Source of the DNA: an uncultured Gammaproteobacteria bacterium
GTDB taxonomy: Bacteria; Patescibacteriota; Microgenomatia; PFEM01; DATLAM01
DNA: 64,000 bases
Direction of reading: 5' to 3'
NCBI GenBank assembly: GCA_964566925.1
Contig: CAZMIZ010000005.1
Location: forward strand, 184 to 64,183
Shown: positions 62,166 to 64,000 of the stretch, one piece after another
Layout: the number at the start of each line of letters is the position of its first letter
Position numbering within the stretch: the stretch's first letter is position 1
Position numbers and translations under genes: made by a program
Notes under the pieces: generated by a model
Database searches by the model: none
The model's input: only the letters and a program-made list of their open reading frames with translations
Told to the model about the DNA's origin: nothing

Positions 62166-63998
62166 TTAAGGAGTGGGAGTAGGGCTTGGGGCAGGACTGA
62201 TCTCTGGCCCCGCTTCTTCTGGTAATTCAATTGGGGGTTTAACGGCTGATGTTGGCAGAGGTTGCGGTTCGGTGAGCACTTCTTCTGTTTCGGTTGGCGC
62301 CTGCTGGGCACTGGGGGTAGCTTCTGGCGGCAGGAGTTTCGCTAATTCATCCAGTTCATTTTTGACTTTTTGATAGTCAGCCGAGTCAATTGGAATTAAA
62401 CTTGCCGCTGCTTGCATAGATAGATAAGCTTCTTGGTACATTTTTCGCTCTCGATAAGCGGCGGCTAAGTTATAATAGCCATTGGCATAATCCGGCTTGA
62501 GATTAACTGAGTTTTCGAACTGTCGGGTGGCGGCTTCATAATCTTGAAGAGTGTAAAAAAGTCCGCCTAAATTGAGGCGAATCCGGGGATTGATCGGATC
62601 AGCGGTAATCGCCTGGCGATAGGCAGCAGTGGCCCATTCGTCCGCTCCTTCAGCGAAGTTGATCAAATTACGGTAAATCTGAGCTAAATTTTCCCAATTG
62701 GCGGCATCAGAGGGGTTGAGATTGGCGGCAATTTTTGCTTCTCTAATGGCTTGTTGAATAAGCTGGGTGATATTGGTCCGATCTTGATCAGAAAGCTCTC
62801 CTTGGCTGGCGATCGAATTAGCCAAAGCAAAGTTCGTTTGTGAGTAAGTCCGGTGAGAGAGAGAGGAATAGGGATTGTAGTTAATCGCCTTGATTTGATA
62901 ACTATAAACCTGGCCGCCCTGATTTTGAGTAAGGGCATTAAGCGATTTTCTGAAATAGAAATCAGCGGCGTAAGCCCGCCCCCAAACGTAGAAAACCACG
63001 ATTACTAACCCAGTCACTAGTCCTAACACAATCAGGCTGAGATTTTTTGAGGGTAGAGAAATAACTTCCTCTTTTGCCTGATCAAGAGCCAAAAGAGCTA
63101 AAAAGAGGAAGGTTAAGGTTAAGATCAGGAAGTTGGGGGGAAGGAGTAATTGGATTATTAATAAGGTAACCATTCCCATTAAAAGAGCTAAAAAGAGGTG
63201 ATCGTTCTTTTTTTGGAGATAGGTTTTTAGCCAGACTCGAGCAGTTTTAAGGAGTAAGAGGAAATAGGCACCTAGACTAACAACACCGCCAATTGTTAGC
63301 AGCTCCAAAGGTAAATTAGAGGCATTACTAAAACGATTGTTCCAAAATTCATATTCATTAAAAGTCACCGGCCGGAAACGGTTAAAAGCAGAAAGGTAAT
63401 TGCCTGGCCCGACGCCAAAAAAGGGATTTTGTTTAAAGGCTTCAACGGCAATGGCCCAGCCATCTCGATAGGGAAGAATAGCCAGGCTGTTTTCTTTTCC
63501 GGGAAGAATTTGATAAACAGTAAAGCCAAGACCAAGAGCGATTAGGACGGTGGGAATTAAGTATAAAATACTTGACAACCACTCCTCCTGGCCGAATTTT
63601 TTAATAAAAAGATTAATGCTTAAAGCGAAACTGACAACTAGGTAGCTGATAAGGATCAAGGGTCCACCGGCAGGAGTGAAGAGGAGATTTTTCAGCCAAG
63701 AAACAGAGGTTAGACTTTCGCCAAGGCCAAGGAATTGATAAAGACTAATAAGACCCAGTAAAGAGGCGCTGGCAATGAGAGCCGAGAGCGAAGAGCGAAG
63801 AGCCCCTGATTTCGAGTTATTAGTAATCACAAAGTAAAAAGCAGTTAAGGCGAGAATGGTTCCTACCGAAGTTGGGCCCAGGATGGCTTCAACCTTATTC
63901 GGTGAAACGATGATGGTAGTCAAGATAAAAGCGAGGGCAAAGATGACAATTGGTAAATCCAAAGAAGTTTTTTTAAAGACCAATCTTTTTTGAACCAC
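62166..63998 (-). CDS. O-antigen-ligase (Wzy_C)-like polytopic membrane protein with C-terminal TPR repeats
   Basis: 610 aa. Has ~10 TM helices and a C-terminal TPR region (..AAYRQAITADPINPRIRLNLGGLFYTLQDYEAATRQFENSVNLKPDYANGYYNLAAAY..) followed by a Pro-rich tail. Confidence 0.6.
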   Translation of the reverse strand: MVQKRLVFKKTSLDLPIVIFALAFILTTIIVSPNKVEAILGPTSVGTILALTAFYFVITNNSKSGALRSSLSALIASASLLGLISLYQFLGLGESLTSVSWLKNLLFTPAGGPLILISYLVVSFALSINLFIKKFGQEEWLSSILYLIPTVLIALGLGFTVYQILPGKENSLAILPYRDGWAIAVEAFKQNPFFGVGPGNYLSAFNRFRPVTFNEYEFWNNRFSNASNLPLELLTIGGVVSLGAYFLLLLKTARVWLKTYLQKKNDHLFLALLMGMVTLLIIQLLLPPNFLILTLTFLFLALLALDQAKEEVISLPSKNLSLIVLGLVTGLVIVVFYVWGRAYAADFYFRKSLNALTQNQGGQVYSYQIKAINYNPYSSLSHRTYSQTNFALANSIASQGELSDQDRTNITQLIQQAIREAKIAANLNPSDAANWENLAQIYRNLINFAEGADEWATAAYRQAITADPINPRIRLNLGGLFYTLQDYEAATRQFENSVNLKPDYANGYYNLAAAYRERKMYQEAYLSMQAAASLIPIDSADYQKVKNELDELAKLLPPEATPSAQQAPTETEEVLTEPQPLPTSAVKPPIELPEEAGPEISPAPSPTPTP

Positions 63999-64000
63999 CA

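Overview
This 64 kb window appears to come from a small-genome bacterium; a CPR/Patescibacteria-like organism is an inference from the features below. The protein genes are short, GTG and TTG starts are frequent, the 23S rRNA carries an intervening sequence, and the 16S 515-region is non-canonical. There are many glycosyltransferase and methyltransferase genes and almost no biosynthetic genes.

Gene content in order:
- 62-5500: a housekeeping block of tsaC, trxA, trxB, a Nudix hydrolase, glutamate dehydrogenase, a ferredoxin and a membrane CPHC thioredoxin-like protein.
- 5548-8972: a 7TM protein, a RimK-like ATP-grasp fused to a retropepsin-like domain, and a second ATP-grasp. This matches the predicted 7TM / ATP-grasp / aspartyl-protease peptide-ligase system.
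- 9790-11100: a 1.3 kb very AT-rich island with no ORF.
- 11120-24828: the most unusual locus. It holds two giant paralogous proteins of 1739 and 1810 aa. Each has an IS-transposase-like HTH N-terminus, a processive GT2 polysaccharide-synthase core (DD, DAD, TED and QRMRW motifs), a multi-TM region, a large Gly-rich/LamG-like ectodomain, and a conserved C-terminal tail SVPE(N/S)LWLFFGLG-TM-RRRKRK that looks like a PEP-CTERM-type sorting signal.
- Between the two giant genes lie a 203-aa exosortase/archaeosortase-like polytopic protein (CxG and NxxR motifs), a TIGR02436-type four-helix-bundle gene flanked by inverted repeats, a polytopic membrane protein and a membrane-tethered excisionase-type HTH protein. 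A 755-bp block inside the two giant genes is 100% identical, consistent with gene conversion.
- 24844-38452: a surface-glycan locus with two GT4 genes, a GT2-methyltransferase fusion, three SAM methyltransferases and four large polytopic membrane proteins.
- 40036-41298: mnmA.
- 42381-49625: an rRNA locus of 16S, tRNA-Ile, two protein genes (one of them a proteasome-like Ntn-hydrolase homolog) and a consensus sigma70 promoter inside the 16S-23S spacer, then tRNA-Ala, 23S with a helix-45 intervening sequence, and 5S.
- 49703-63998: rpsA, an SDR oxidoreductase, an M20 peptidase, radA, two Thr/Pro-rich surface proteins, a classical sortase sitting next to a PKD/DUF11-like substrate, maf, rho, a LysM-M23 peptidase, two tandem minus-strand tRNA-Ala genes, and an O-antigen-ligase/TPR membrane protein.

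Two small repeat families recur around the stable-RNA genes: a roughly 45-nt element and a TCCGCC-loop-GGCGGA hairpin.
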